The translations under genes were made by a program, and so were the position numbers. A DNA stretch of 63,332 nucleotides, counting the filler, from Globobulimina sp. (lineage: Eukaryota): the NCBI GenBank assembly GCA_003354225.1. It is 28 parts of 28 records of this genome, joined end to end, with 100 filler letters (N's around TTAATTAATTAA, not from the genome) between each part and the next. Parts side by side here need not be neighbours in the genome. Positions count along the whole stretch, not along the records: positions 20,398 to 22,563 come from PIVH01008491.1; positions 22,664 to 24,829 come from PIVH01008492.1; positions 24,930 to 27,095 come from PIVH01008493.1; positions 27,196 to 29,361 come from PIVH01008494.1; positions 29,462 to 31,627 come from PIVH01008495.1; positions 31,728 to 33,892 come from PIVH01008496.1; positions 33,993 to 36,157 come from PIVH01008497.1; 21 more parts are not named here. One strand, written 5' to 3'. Below are positions 22,525-34,347 of the stretch, piece after piece; within the stretch, counting starts at the first letter, position 1; the number at the start of each line of letters is the position of its first letter. The notes under the pieces are model-generated. The model was not told where the DNA came from. It saw only the letters and a program-made list of their open reading frames with translations, and searched no databases.

Positions 22525-22897
22525 TCCGTACTTTGATAAATGTTAAAAGATGGAAGAAACAAANNNNNNNNNNNNNNNNNNNNNNNNNNNNNNNNNNNNN
22601 NNNNNNNTTAATTAATTAANNNNNNNNNNNNNNNNNNNNNNNNNNNNNNNNNNNNNNNNNNNNTTTGAATTATTCATTATTGTCCAAAGCCAATTAATGC
22701 TTAGACTTGAGTTTTTTGAGTAGTAGTCATCAACATATATTCCTGATTTTCACCAATATATATTGTGACAAACTGTTCAGATCAAAATGGAGTATGTTGC
22801 ACAGACAGCACAGTATAACAATAACAATTAATGAAACAAAGCAAACGTTTTGGTTTCACAATCACACATATCCATGCAACAAATAATTAAGCACAGT

Positions 22898-24247
22898 TCA
22901 TCGGTAATTCCACCAAGATCCATCACATTCTGATAAATAACCTGTTTCTATTCCATCTTGTCCGGTAAACAACATTCTTTTTCTATTACCACGGAATTTC
23001 TTACCTTTCCCACGTACATATTTACCACCTTTTGGTTTATTATCACATTGTCCATATTCCTCTTGTTCATTTGTGAAATATACCATATTTTCACAATAAA
23101 CATATCTCACTGGGTTTTCGTCTTCGTAATCCGTTCTTTGATACTTATTTAATCCTTTAACAGTAACACGTTTACAACCCGATAACTCAATTCTTAATCC
23201 TTTAATATTGTATTTCATGATTGTGGGCAACGATTTATTTGAAATATTAGTACATGATAAGTCCAATGAGCGCAAATTAGGGATATGTTTCTTTATTGTT
23301 CTCAACAAGAAAGCTAAATGTTTATCAGATATATTATTGTATGATACATTAATTGCATCCAATTTCATTTTAATTACAATTTTGTCCGGTTTTTGCCGCA
23401 TAATCCTCTTCTTTTCCAACTGTCTTTCATACTCTTTCTGCACTCTCTTATCGAGTGAATATATTGGTCTTTGTTTTGTCTTTTTCGCAGTTTTTTCATT
23501 TTTATTGCTTGATTGATTCTGAACATGTTTTTTTTGTAGATCTGAAGGTCTTTGTTTTGAATGTTTTTGCATCCAAATATTATTATTGCTCGTTTGTAAT
23601 TTATTGCAATTGTTTATTTCCATCGATTTATATTTGATTATATTCTCAATTGAATTGCATAAATATAAAATATGATTATCATTCAGATCAATTTCAGATA
23701 AGTCCAATGTTTTGAGACAGTTATAACGTTTAAATAATATATATTCAATCAAATATAGTTGATCCGACATTGCATCACTAGCAACAGGCCACGCTCTTAA
23801 CTCATGGATTGGTAACTTTTTGCGCTGTATAATTCTGTTACAAATCATTCTCTTTTCATATCGATTTAATTCATTGAATGACTCATTAAATTTCAATACA
23901 CAGTGTGCTATTTTTCGTTTTAATTTCTTATTTTGTTCAAATTTGATATGTGTTATTGCTGGAATTATTACTTTATGCAAATTGTTTGGTTCATCAGCAA
24001 AATAGGAATGGCATAATTGTTCAACGTCAACCGGAATAGCATTACCATTGAGTACTAGTGGCTTGATTTGGCGAATGTATCCGGACAACAATATGCTATT
24101 CATATTTCTTTCAATTATTTTGAATTTATCTGCATAATTCACTTCGACTTTGTTTTTGTGTTTGTGTTGGTTTTGGATTTTGTTTTGATATTTTTTGTTA
24201 TTCTGTTTGGATTTACGTTGACGTCTTCTGCTACGTTTAGTGCTCAT
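22898..24247 (-). CDS. Leucine-rich repeat (RNI-like) protein
   Basis: LKTLDLSEIDLND, INVSYNNISD, LRSLDLSCTNISN and IELSGCKRVT; N-terminal GYIR...IPVDVEQLCHSYF motif. Confidence 0.85.
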   Translation of the reverse strand: MSTKRSRRRQRKSKQNNKKYQNKIQNQHKHKNKVEVNYADKFKIIERNMNSILLSGYIRQIKPLVLNGNAIPVDVEQLCHSYFADEPNNLHKVIIPAITHIKFEQNKKLKRKIAHCVLKFNESFNELNRYEKRMICNRIIQRKKLPIHELRAWPVASDAMSDQLYLIEYILFKRYNCLKTLDLSEIDLNDNHILYLCNSIENIIKYKSMEINNCNKLQTSNNNIWMQKHSKQRPSDLQKKHVQNQSSNKNEKTAKKTKQRPIYSLDKRVQKEYERQLEKKRIMRQKPDKIVIKMKLDAINVSYNNISDKHLAFLLRTIKKHIPNLRSLDLSCTNISNKSLPTIMKYNIKGLRIELSGCKRVTVKGLNKYQRTDYEDENPVRYVYCENMVYFTNEQEEYGQCDNKPKGGKYVRGKGKKFRGNRKRMLFTGQDGIETGYLSECDGSWWNYR

Positions 24248-25133
24248 TAAATGTAATGAATGATGGGGAAGTGAAGAGTAAGGTGTCTTTTTAGGAGTTT
24301 AAAAACCGCTAAATAAAGGGAAATATATTCTACTTATTTTACACTTTGAAACCTTAAAACGCAACATTTTTGCAACGTCTAATTTAGCAACAAAAACCGT
24401 TAAATTAGCATTTGAATTACAAATCAAGCACCATGCCAACGTATCGGAATAAATTAATCAATAAATTTGCATCACAACACGCCACACATTGATGCATAAT
24501 GAAACCACTGATTGTAAACCATCTCGATCCATTGATGTTGAACATAATCAATACAATACACGTACTAAAAAAATATGGTCTGCAATTTGTTGATCAACAT
24601 TTCGTAATATTTTGTTTGTTGATCGTGCACTGAAATCGTAATACATAGCACACACAAGCGGTAAATCTTGAAAATAAAATGAAGATTTAATTATGCGAGC
24701 ACAGCAAACATAACATGTATATGTATCCTGTAAATTCTGTGATATCAAACAATGGAATACATGTATGCAAAGGAACTGAAATTAATAAATCTGTAAATGT
24801 TCTGCGAGTGCAACAATCATTGCCAGGTGNNNNNNNNNNNNNNNNNNNNNNNNNNNNNNNNNNNNNNNNNNNNTTAATTAATTAANNNNNNNNNNNNNNN
24901 NNNNNNNNNNNNNNNNNNNNNNNNNNNNNTTAAATTAAACTGTTAAAAGCAAGTCAGTCTCACGACAGTCTGCGAAAACTGTAACAGTAAAACTGTAAAT
25001 TCGTTCTAACCATCGACCATTTCACAGGAAGCAAAAAGTCAATTTAGATTTTACTTGACCTCATTCTGAATACTTTTAGAACACAATCAAAAGTTTTTGT
25101 CTTTATACAGTATAATAAAAATATTTAAAGATA

Positions 25134-25511
25134 ATGTCCTCATCAAATGATCCAAATGTAATCGGAAAATCATTCGTGGAGCATTATTATGGCACATACA
25201 GTGCAAATAGAAGCAATTTATGCAATTTATTCAAAGATAAATCGATGATGACCTATGAAAGTTCACAACATCAAGGAACAAAATCAATAATGGAGAAATT
25301 AACAAGTTTAAAATTTAAATCAATAAAACATGAAACAAAAACAATGGACGTGCAGCCATCCGGTGCAGGCGGATTAATTATTGTTATTACTGGTGATCTA
25401 TTTATTGATGGCTCCAAAAATGGGCTTAAATTCTGTGAAGTATTTCATTTAATGAAAGAAAATAATTCATTTTGGATTCATAATCTTGTTTTTAGATTAA
25501 ATTATTGCTAA
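25134..25511 (+). CDS. NTF2: Nuclear transport factor 2
   Basis: 125 aa with IGKSFVEHYY, SMMTYE...QG..SIMEKL, TMDVQPS and FWIHNLVFRLNY. Confidence 0.93.
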   Translation: MSSSNDPNVIGKSFVEHYYGTYSANRSNLCNLFKDKSMMTYESSQHQGTKSIMEKLTSLKFKSIKHETKTMDVQPSGAGGLIIVITGDLFIDGSKNGLKFCEVFHLMKENNSFWIHNLVFRLNYC

Positions 25512-25774
25512 TTAATAATTAAAAATATTATTATAAAATTTGACTACTAATCAATTGTTTATCTATTTTAACAGTTTCTATTGTCCCTTCTTTTACCGTT
25601 TATTTAATTTAATATCAAAACTAAGATTAAAACAGCTTAAATAAATCCGAATAGCAATTTGCTGTTGATATTACAAACAAATTATTTGCTATTCTCATAA
25701 ATAATATATAGCAATCCAATATTTGTTGTTTTTTTAAGTTGTTTTTACTCTAACTCGGCCTGAACATATATAAG

Positions 25775-27095
25775 ATGATGCTGCGTGTTGTAATTGCTTC
25801 ATGGATTCTGTGCTATAGATTATGTTTTTGTCATCATATTTTGGTGAGTGGGGTAACAGCTTCGTATGGTCATTGGAATACATTATTACATATTTCCAAA
25901 GAATTATTAAATCAAAAAAACCATTTTCTTACGTTTGTGATTGACGAGCAATATGATTACTATTTGAACACAATAACAAATGACGAAGTACTTAATAATA
26001 ACAATAAAGAATCGTATCAAATATTTTATACACCAAACGAACAACAAATAGATTTTAAGAAATTTCAAGAAAACAATATTCAAATTCATGATGGATTGAT
26101 AAAACAAGCGGCAATATCATTTATACCAAAAGCAATATTTTTAAATAATTCACAACAATCGCAATCAAGCACAAACACAAACATATCAAACCTAGAATTA
26201 TTAATAAATTATAATCTAAAAAGTAAACATAACAACATTTCATTATTAAAATTTAATTTAAAAATTGATTTCTGTTTATTGGATGCATTCAATTTCTTTG
26301 GTATTATTTTATGTTCAAAAATGTTTAATATTCCAACCATAATTTATATGTTTCCTGCCATTTTATCAAAATCTGAATATTATTATATACGGAATACATA
26401 TCTTTATTTTCTTGATCCATTCTCTTTGGATTCTTACTTTCCAGATATGACAAATGGAACAATTATGACATATCAACAAAAATGGATCACTTTTCTAACA
26501 AATATTATGTATTTAATTAATCAGAAATTTACATCTTATTTTATAATTAAACAGATTTTGTATGAATTTAATTCATTACTTTCCAGACTAAATATCAATA
26601 AATCATTTGATATAAATATTTATAACAATGGATTTTCGGATTTTTGGGATGAATGCATAATTATTAGTTCTTTAGGAATACAATTCACTCCAATTTCGTA
26701 TAAAAGACCAAGAATAAAACAATTTGGATTTTTATTACATACAAATGCTTCAAATGCAAGCAATCAGATAATAAAAGATAAAGAATTATTGTCATGGATT
26801 GAAATGGATAAAAATAAACCTATATTACTAATATCAATGGGTTCGATTCATTTGTTACCCCAACAAATAAAGCAAACGATATATAAACAACTGATAAAAC
26901 ATAGCGCAGAGAATAATTATCGGGTTTTATGGGCGTTGCGGCAAAATATTAATTTAAATGCAAATCAAACAAATGATAAATTAGAGACAGGATATTTTAA
27001 GATAATGAATACTTATATTGAACAATTCGAAATATTGTCACATCCATCGATTAAATTATTTATGACTCATTGTGGTACCGGCGGTATAATGGAAG
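25775..27095 (+). CDS. UDP-glycosyltransferase (GT1, UGT-type) with signal peptide, 3' truncated
   Basis: SYGHWN (catalytic His), LLDAF, LISMGS, VLWA and QFEILSHPSIKLFMTHCGTGGIME (UGT signature). Confidence 0.9.
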
Positions 27096-27599
27096 NNNNN
27101 NNNNNNNNNNNNNNNNNNNNNNNNNNNNNNNNNNNNNNNTTAATTAATTAANNNNNNNNNNNNNNNNNNNNNNNNNNNNNNNNNNNNNNNNNNNNATGTA
27201 CATACAGAAGTCACAAATGAACATGACATATATATCACAATATATATAACAGATATCACAACATATGATGTTTTCCTTTGCATTTCGTCTGATGAGTAAT
27301 ATGGTATGCATTAAGGGAATTCTGACATGCTGGGGCAACTTAATTCCGAGCAGACATGTCAGAGTTACTTTTGCATACCACATCTTGGTTTTCTATTCTT
27401 GTGATGATTCTTGTTTTGTTTTCTTGTGATGATTCTTCGAAGTGAGATCCTAAAACAAATGATTAATATTAGTACTACTATATATAGCATGTACTTCCAT
27501 ATAGTCGTACATCCCCTTAATATAATACTAAATATGGCAACACACACTATATCTAGTAAACCCAGTACAGTCAACAGTACAGTACAGTTCAGTCAACAG

Positions 27600-28465
27600 A
27601 CTAATTTTCGGTACAATTTCTAACTCGGCCGATTTTGACACTAGACCCCTCGACATACCACTCAAATGAAAGCTCTCGAAAAGTTAGGAAGGTTGGAAAT
27701 GAAAAATTTCACATACGACCGAAATCCGGCCGCAAAACGCTGAAAACTGATTTTCGGTACAATTTCTAACTCGGCCGATTTTGACGCCAGACCCCTCGAT
27801 ATACCACTCAAATGAAAGCTCTCGAAAAGTTAGAAAGGCTGGAAATGAAAAGTTTCACATCCGACCGAAATCCGGGTCGAAAAACGCCGAAAACTGATTT
27901 TCGGCACAATTTATAACTCGGCCGATTTTGACGCTAGATCACTCGATATACCACTCAAATGAAAGCTATCGAAAAGTTAGGAAGGTTGGAAATGAAAAAT
28001 TTCACATCCGACCAAAATCCAGGCCGAAAAACGCCTTAAACTGATTTTCGACACAATTTCTAACTCGGCCGATTTTGACGCTAGATCCCTCGATATACCA
28101 CTCAAATGAAAGCTCTCGAAAAGTTAGGAAGGTTGGAAATGAAAAATTTCACATCCGACCGAAATCCGGGCCGAAAAACGCCTAAAACTGATTTTCGACA
28201 CAATTTCTAACTCGGCCGTTTTTGACGCTAGATCCCTCGATATACCACTCAAATGAAAGCTCTCGAAAAGTTAGGAGGGTTGGAAATGAAAAATTTCATA
28301 TCCGACCGAAATCCGAGCCGAAAAACGCCGAAAACTGATTTTCGGCACAATTTCTAAGTCAGCCAATTTTGACGTCAGATCCCTCGATATACCACTCAAA
28401 ATGAAGCTCTAGAGAAGTTAGGAAGGCTGGAAAAGGAAAATTTCAGACCGAAAAACGCCCAAAAC
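27600..28465 (+). repeat. Tandem array of about 5.9 x 147-bp units
   Basis: Unit starts (ACT(A/G)ATTTTCG) at 27600, 27746, 27893, 28040, 28187 and 28334. Core ATACCACTCAAATGAAAGCTCTCGAAAAGTTAGG. Confidence 0.97.
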
Positions 28466-28502
28466 CACAGTTTTTGGTTTTTTTCCACCCCGCTTTAAAG
28501 TC

Positions 28503-28590
28503 GGATCTGAAATTTTTCATTTCCAACCTTCCTAACTTTACGAGAGCTTTCATTTGAGTGGTATGTCGAGGGGTTAGCATCAAAATTGGC
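28503..28590 (-). repeat. Inverted partial copy of the 147-bp unit
   Basis: GAAATTTTTCATTTCCAACCTTCCTAACTTTACGAGAGCTTTCATTTGAGTGGTAT is the reverse complement of the unit core, with one mismatch. Confidence 0.93.
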
Positions 28591-28611
28591 GAAATTTGTA
28601 TAGTATTTTTG

Positions 28612-28811
28612 CCTGACTGTAAGAATCGTTTTCAAAATCGATTTTCTCAACTGCGGCGGGTCTGTAGAAAAAAATAAAATAACTTTCCTACGATAAAATT
28701 GGCCATAGAATCCAAATCTGAAGTCATTTCGGTGGATAAAAATCGCCGGAAAAAAACAAAATTTTTGAATAGGCCGTTTTTGGACAAAAGTATTCGATTC
28801 TTACAGTCAGG
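28612..28811. mobile_element. 200-bp MITE-like element with perfect 17-bp terminal inverted repeats
   Basis: CCTGACTGTAAGAATCG (28612-28628) and CGATTCTTACAGTCAGG (28795-28811). No clear target-site duplication. Confidence 0.6.
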
Positions 28812-29461
28812 GACATTTAATATAAAGCCTATATAAAGCAAAGTAGTGTTAGGTATTAAGGAAGGTACTGTATTAATATAAAGCCTATATAAAGCAAACA
28901 AACAAAAGATGTAATCTCACCAATTCAATTCATTTTCAATTCCATTCTTTTGTAACAATGCCCATTTCTACAAATGCCTTAATTCGCTGCCGTCCAATTT
29001 TTGATCAGGAAGTCCATTTAATCTGCCATTTGGCGGCTAAAAATATGTAAAATGTATATTTTTGGATTGAAATTTATATATTGACACAGGCTGTAACAGT
29101 CCAGGACATTATGAAAACAGTTTCCTGTCCTATTCTTGGATGTATACTATACAGACTACCTATATGTGTATAAATATATAAAGTACAATTACTCTATCTA
29201 TACTGACAATAGATAATCAAACATTTAGTAAGTAGCACATCAAGTAACTGTTTCCATATGAAAACATTTTATATCTTAGGCAAAATTTTCAAAGTTTGAT
29301 TTAGCCGATCGAAATTATATTAAATATAGATGTAGACAGGTTTAAAGATAATGGTGGAATANNNNNNNNNNNNNNNNNNNNNNNNNNNNNNNNNNNNNNN
29401 NNNNNTTAATTAATTAANNNNNNNNNNNNNNNNNNNNNNNNNNNNNNNNNNNNNNNNNNNN

Positions 29462-31627
29462 ATTGAGTATTTGCAATGCTTTTTGCAAAATTCTTAATAA
29501 ATCCTGAGCGGCCTTACGTTTTCTGGCAATCTCCGGACTTTCAGATAATAATTGTTCAAACTGGTCTTCTTTATATAATGCTAAGGCCAAATCCTGTTGC
29601 AACCTTTGCTTTGACTTATTTACCAACATAAACATTATTGATTTTGGCACTAAATCGGCAATATTCTTCTTAACAATGCCGAAATACGAACGAATAAATC
29701 TTTTAATTACTAACAACTCCAATTGTTCTCTTTGCGTTGCATTGGTTAAACTTTTCCCTTTCTGCGAATAAGAATCATTACTAAATGATTGAGACGCCGC
29801 CTTTGCCGAATTAACATTAATATTTCTTCTCTGTTGATTGGATTTCCTCCTTTTTTGCTGCTGCTGCTGTTGCTGTTGGGACTCTCTTTTTATTCTTTGT
29901 TCATTGCTTAGCTGTTCACTGAATGGATTGGTTTGATCCTTATTATTGCCTTGTTTTTGTTTATTTCCCCAAAAGCCCCATCCACCGCCTTTACCACCGC
30001 CATTTGCCTGATTCATGCCGGAATTGCCATGTTGCGGTGGTGACGGTGCACTTTTTATAGAATTGGATTTATTCGCCTTACTACTTGCAGTATTTAATGG
30101 ATGTGAGGATGGATTTTGTTGTGGGGCCGCATGAGTGTTGTGGTGTGGTGGCGGTTGGGGTGCTTGTCTCGATTGTCTTTGTTGCCTTTGTTGATGCAGT
30201 TGCTTTTGTTGTACGTGTTCCTCCTCAGATTGATTTCCAATTTGTTTATACATCTCTGCCTGTGAGTGATGATTGGCTCTCTCCGTAAATACATCATCCA
30301 TTGAGATAAAATCGGGATGATTGGTGTTGACATATGCTAACTCGATGTCAATCACTTGGTTTACAAACAATCGGCACGGATCTAAGTGCCTTTTGAGCAT
30401 CGAAGTGACCGTATCATTCAACGCCGCTCTAAACTGACCAAACCGGGCAATCTCCGTAGTTTCAGATTGCGCGGCAATCCGTTTTAATTCGGCAAATACC
30501 AAATCGACGCATTGCATGCACGGTCTACGCAATTTCTCAATTTGCATTTTCACTAAATTTTCAAAGCACATTTCGGGGATAAAGAGCGATGAGCGGATAC
30601 CCGATGCGTTCCTCATTGAGTTTAATATAAATTGATCCGATAAGCCGTCAAAGGGTCTGATTTTAGTCAGATAGTGTTTGAATTCGGTGCGAAATATATA
30701 TAATATCCTGGCACCACCAAATAATTGCTTCGCTTGTTGCGATACTTGCGACATATTGTCATCGTCAGTAATATCATTTTTATATTCCAATCTCTTGGAT
30801 TTATTATTATATTTCCTCATCATCATAGTATTCACATTTGCGCCATCGATGGAATCACTAAAATTCTCTGAAAATTTCGAAATTAAATGCAATAACAACG
30901 CGCCTTTGTTATTATTCATGTCATTATCGAGAGAAATAGGGGTGCCATAGGATGCAATTTCCTGCTGTAAATCCTGTATATTGTCGTGAATGGACTGTTT
31001 TAAATCGGGTAGACATTTCTTAATATGATTGATTAAGATCTGATTCAATTTATAAGCTAAATATGGTGTGCCGCAAATATGTGCAATGGAGCGATACGTG
31101 GCATGATTTTTAAAAAATAGTTTCTCAGATTGTTGCGCATCGCTAATGGCCTTTTTATTATTGATATCTTTTTGGGATCGATTGACTACGCCAATGTAGC
31201 CCAATTGTAAAGGGATGATGTCGCCTCGTAATATTTTCAGAGCATTGGTGCCTTGGTCCATTAAGTCAATTTTTGTCACCACACCTAATGTACGGACGCC
31301 TTTCGGGTCCACTTCTTTCGCCAATTGAATGGCATCAGAGGTGGCTAAGTCTGAGGTGGCCGCAGAAACGGCCAATACTAAGCACTTTGGGCGCGATATA
31401 AAAGAACGGATTAATTTTCGAATTCGCCGTTCAATGTCTGGCGGTTGGTTGGCAACGGCCACTTTGGTCATTCCTGGCAAGTCAATTAAGGTTAAGTTCA
31501 ATACCGACGGCGAATATATTTTCAAATTGATTGGTTCATAAGAGATTGCTTTATTTGGTGCCACTCTCTCAGTCTCTTTTTCCATTTCGACGCGAATTTT
31601 ATCGAAGTCATAATATTTTTCGGATCC
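29462..31627 (-). CDS. Dynamin-related GTPase (Drp1/Dnm1/Vps1-like), both ends truncated
   Basis: LTLIDLPGMTKV (G3), VVTKIDLMD (G4), GYIGVVNRSQ, middle domain (FGGARI, NTNHPDF), Q-rich variable insert, and GED (SYFGIVKKNIADLVPKSIM). Confidence 0.96.
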
Positions 31628-31727
31628 NNNNNNNNNNNNNNNNNNNNNNNNNNNNNNNNNNNNNNNNNNNNTTAATTAATTAANNNNNNNNNNNNNNNNN
31701 NNNNNNNNNNNNNNNNNNNNNNNNNNN

Positions 31728-33764
31728 ATTTACCAATGCGATGTCGCGTTTCCTCACTCTCCAAATCATAATTTGCCATAAATTCATCCTCGTCATCCAA
31801 CCCTATCTCATCCTCATTGGCTACAACCACATCGTCATAATATCTGTTCGCATACACCGCCATTTGCGGATCCACAGAATCCATAAATATATCAAACGGA
31901 TCGACATAATCCGGATCTATCCAATTATCAATGTCCTCAAACACCTCATCCTCAGCCTCAGCCTCATATTCATCCTCTTCTTCTTCCACCACATTTCCAC
32001 TCAAAACCTCCTCAAATAAAAGCGCCATATTCTGCACTCTCCGCAGCGCAGCAAACGCCTCTTTCTCCTTCGCCTCCTTTCCACGCCGCACCGTGTAATC
32101 CATCACAATCTCATTCTGCACCGCATCGAAAGTCACACACAGCTCCGCATGGTACAACATCTTGCATTTCTGCACCGCAATCACGTGCATGTTCTCCCTT
32201 TGTACCATCCGCCGTTTCCCGCCGGGTTTCACCTTCGTATTATCAGATATTGTGATCGGTGCTTGGTTCGCCATGGCGCCCATCATCATCATCTGCATCA
32301 ATTGCTGCAATTGCGACTGCTGCGTCTTTACAATGCACGAATAATATCTGCACATCGTATGTCGGCGTCCTTTGTGCTTGCCTTTGCCCGGAAACATCAT
32401 CTTCATCATCATCATCATCTGCATCAATTTGCCCATACCGCCACCCATTCCGCCATGCATTCCGCCCCACATTCCAGCTCTGCCCATAGCTGTATACACA
32501 GACACACATTACGCAAAACACCGCGCATTGCACACACACTCACACCTCGCCGCATCAGTCGTTGCCGCAGCTTGCAATCATGCACAATCTTCATGGAGGC
32601 CATGGCGCGATCTCTGAAGCCGTGCATGCCCGCTCCCATCATCCCCATGCCGCCGCCCATCATTCCCATCATGCCGCCGCCGCCCATGCCGTTCATGCCG
32701 TTGCCCATTCCCATCGAGGTGGACAGCCCCATCTTCATACTCCGATATCTGCCGCGGGGGAACATGCCTTGCAAGTCGCCGTCGAATTTATTCCCGTTGT
32801 ACGCAATCACCACACAACACGGCGAGCCCTGCACTTTGATCGACGAGATTTTGCGCCGATTCACGCGATATTTGTGCAGTCGCCACCGATCCCACCGCCC
32901 TTCGCAAAAATGCCCCTTTTTGTTGGCGCGTTTGCGGAAACCGCGCTTGTTGTATACATGTACGCGGCAACGGGACGAGCCTGAACACGGCGGACGCGCA
33001 TAAATACCGATCCGATTACCAATGGCCCGCGCGCCCTTTTTGATGCCCTTCCAGATTTTCTTGAAAACGCCCCATTGCGCCGCGCTCATTTGCTCAGAAT
33101 ATTTGTAGTAATCCTCCATATTATAGACATCCGCCATATCGTCGTCTTGGTTGAAGAGGTAATCGTTCATTGCCTGCATGCTATCAATTTGCGATTCGTC
33201 TTGCATTTGAGCAGCAACTTCCAATTCATCATCGTCGTCATAATAATAGTATTCTTGCCCGTATTTGGAGGACAATGCGCCGCGTAATAACTGCCGTCGA
33301 TTAGTGTGCTCATTTGGGTCGTTGTGGTGTAATATATTTACTTGTGACCAATCCAAATCATTCCAGAAATCTAACGCGATGTTGTTGGATGCTATCATGT
33401 CGTCGCTGTGATAGATTCTCATTGATTTTAAGGACTTTAGCTGTTTGGTGATGGGGTCGGTGCTAAACTGAGTGTTGATGCATAAGAATGGGTGTGTTTT
33501 GGAGCAGGCTATGGTGGTATTTATGGAGTTGTTGTGGGAGGAATTCCAGGTCCATTCATTGTAATTATTCCATATAAAATGATAGGATTTCAAATATAAA
33601 ATATATTCACTCACATCTAAGGTTGGAATCGTGTTTTCCAATTCAAAATCGTTTATATCTGATGTTAATTGTTCCAATTCAGTGATGTTTACATCAGAAC
33701 AGTATGTTTGATAAATGAGAGTGGAAACGATATAATAATAGAAAATATACGACAATAATGACAT
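31728..33764 (-). CDS. Secreted precursor: signal peptide, acidic spacer, cationic amphipathic helix, beta/gamma-crystallin-like domain, Met/Gly-rich tracts, second acidic spacer (intron 32545-32490, 3' truncated)
   Basis: MSLLSYIFYYYIVSTLIYQTYCS start; RRQLL; YYYYDDDDE; WGVFKKIWKGIKKGARAIG; VHVYNKRGF...ISSIKVQG..C.VIAYNGNKFDG...MASMKI. A phase-1 intron joins the two ORFs. Confidence 0.75.
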
Positions 33765-34347
33765 TGGTGATACACGCAAAATCGCGTAAAATGAGTTTTT
33801 TTTGTGTAATTTATAAACAATATAAGCGCTTGAGCTATATTTATATATTAAAAAGTACAATCACCCATTCACAGGGACAATTATCCAATTATNNNNNNNN
33901 NNNNNNNNNNNNNNNNNNNNNNNNNNNNNNNNNNNNTTAATTAATTAANNNNNNNNNNNNNNNNNNNNNNNNNNNNNNNNNNNNNNNNNNNNGGATTTGG
34001 GTATGTTTGTTGCTGTTTGTAATATAGATAAAGAAAAGTACTGTAAACTGTACATATTATTTGGATTTGGTCTTATTGTGTTTTATAAATTATTTTGGTG
34101 TTTTATACTTTGTTTTATTATGTTTTGCTGTGTTTTATAATGTGTTTTGTATTGTTTTTTAAACTGTTTATCACTGTTTTATCATGTTTTGCATTGTTTT
34201 ATAATGTGTTTTGTTTTGACCGGTATACTTATTTTTTGCCTTAAAAATTCTTTTTCATCCATACACTTCTTGGATGTTAAATATATTTTATTTTGCACAC
34301 ATGGAGGATTTTCACGAAGTGAGTGAGTGAGTTAGTTGAAGTTGAAG

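Noticed and set aside
27600-28465. CRISPR array
   Set aside because: The whole 147-bp unit is repeated with no unique spacers, and no cas genes are visible.
32149-33003. 284-aa plus-strand ORF and other long antisense ORFs (e.g. 3148-3693, 56585-57166, 62574-63056)
   Set aside because: These are shadows of real genes on the opposite strand, caused by codon bias and low complexity. They have no recognisable motifs.
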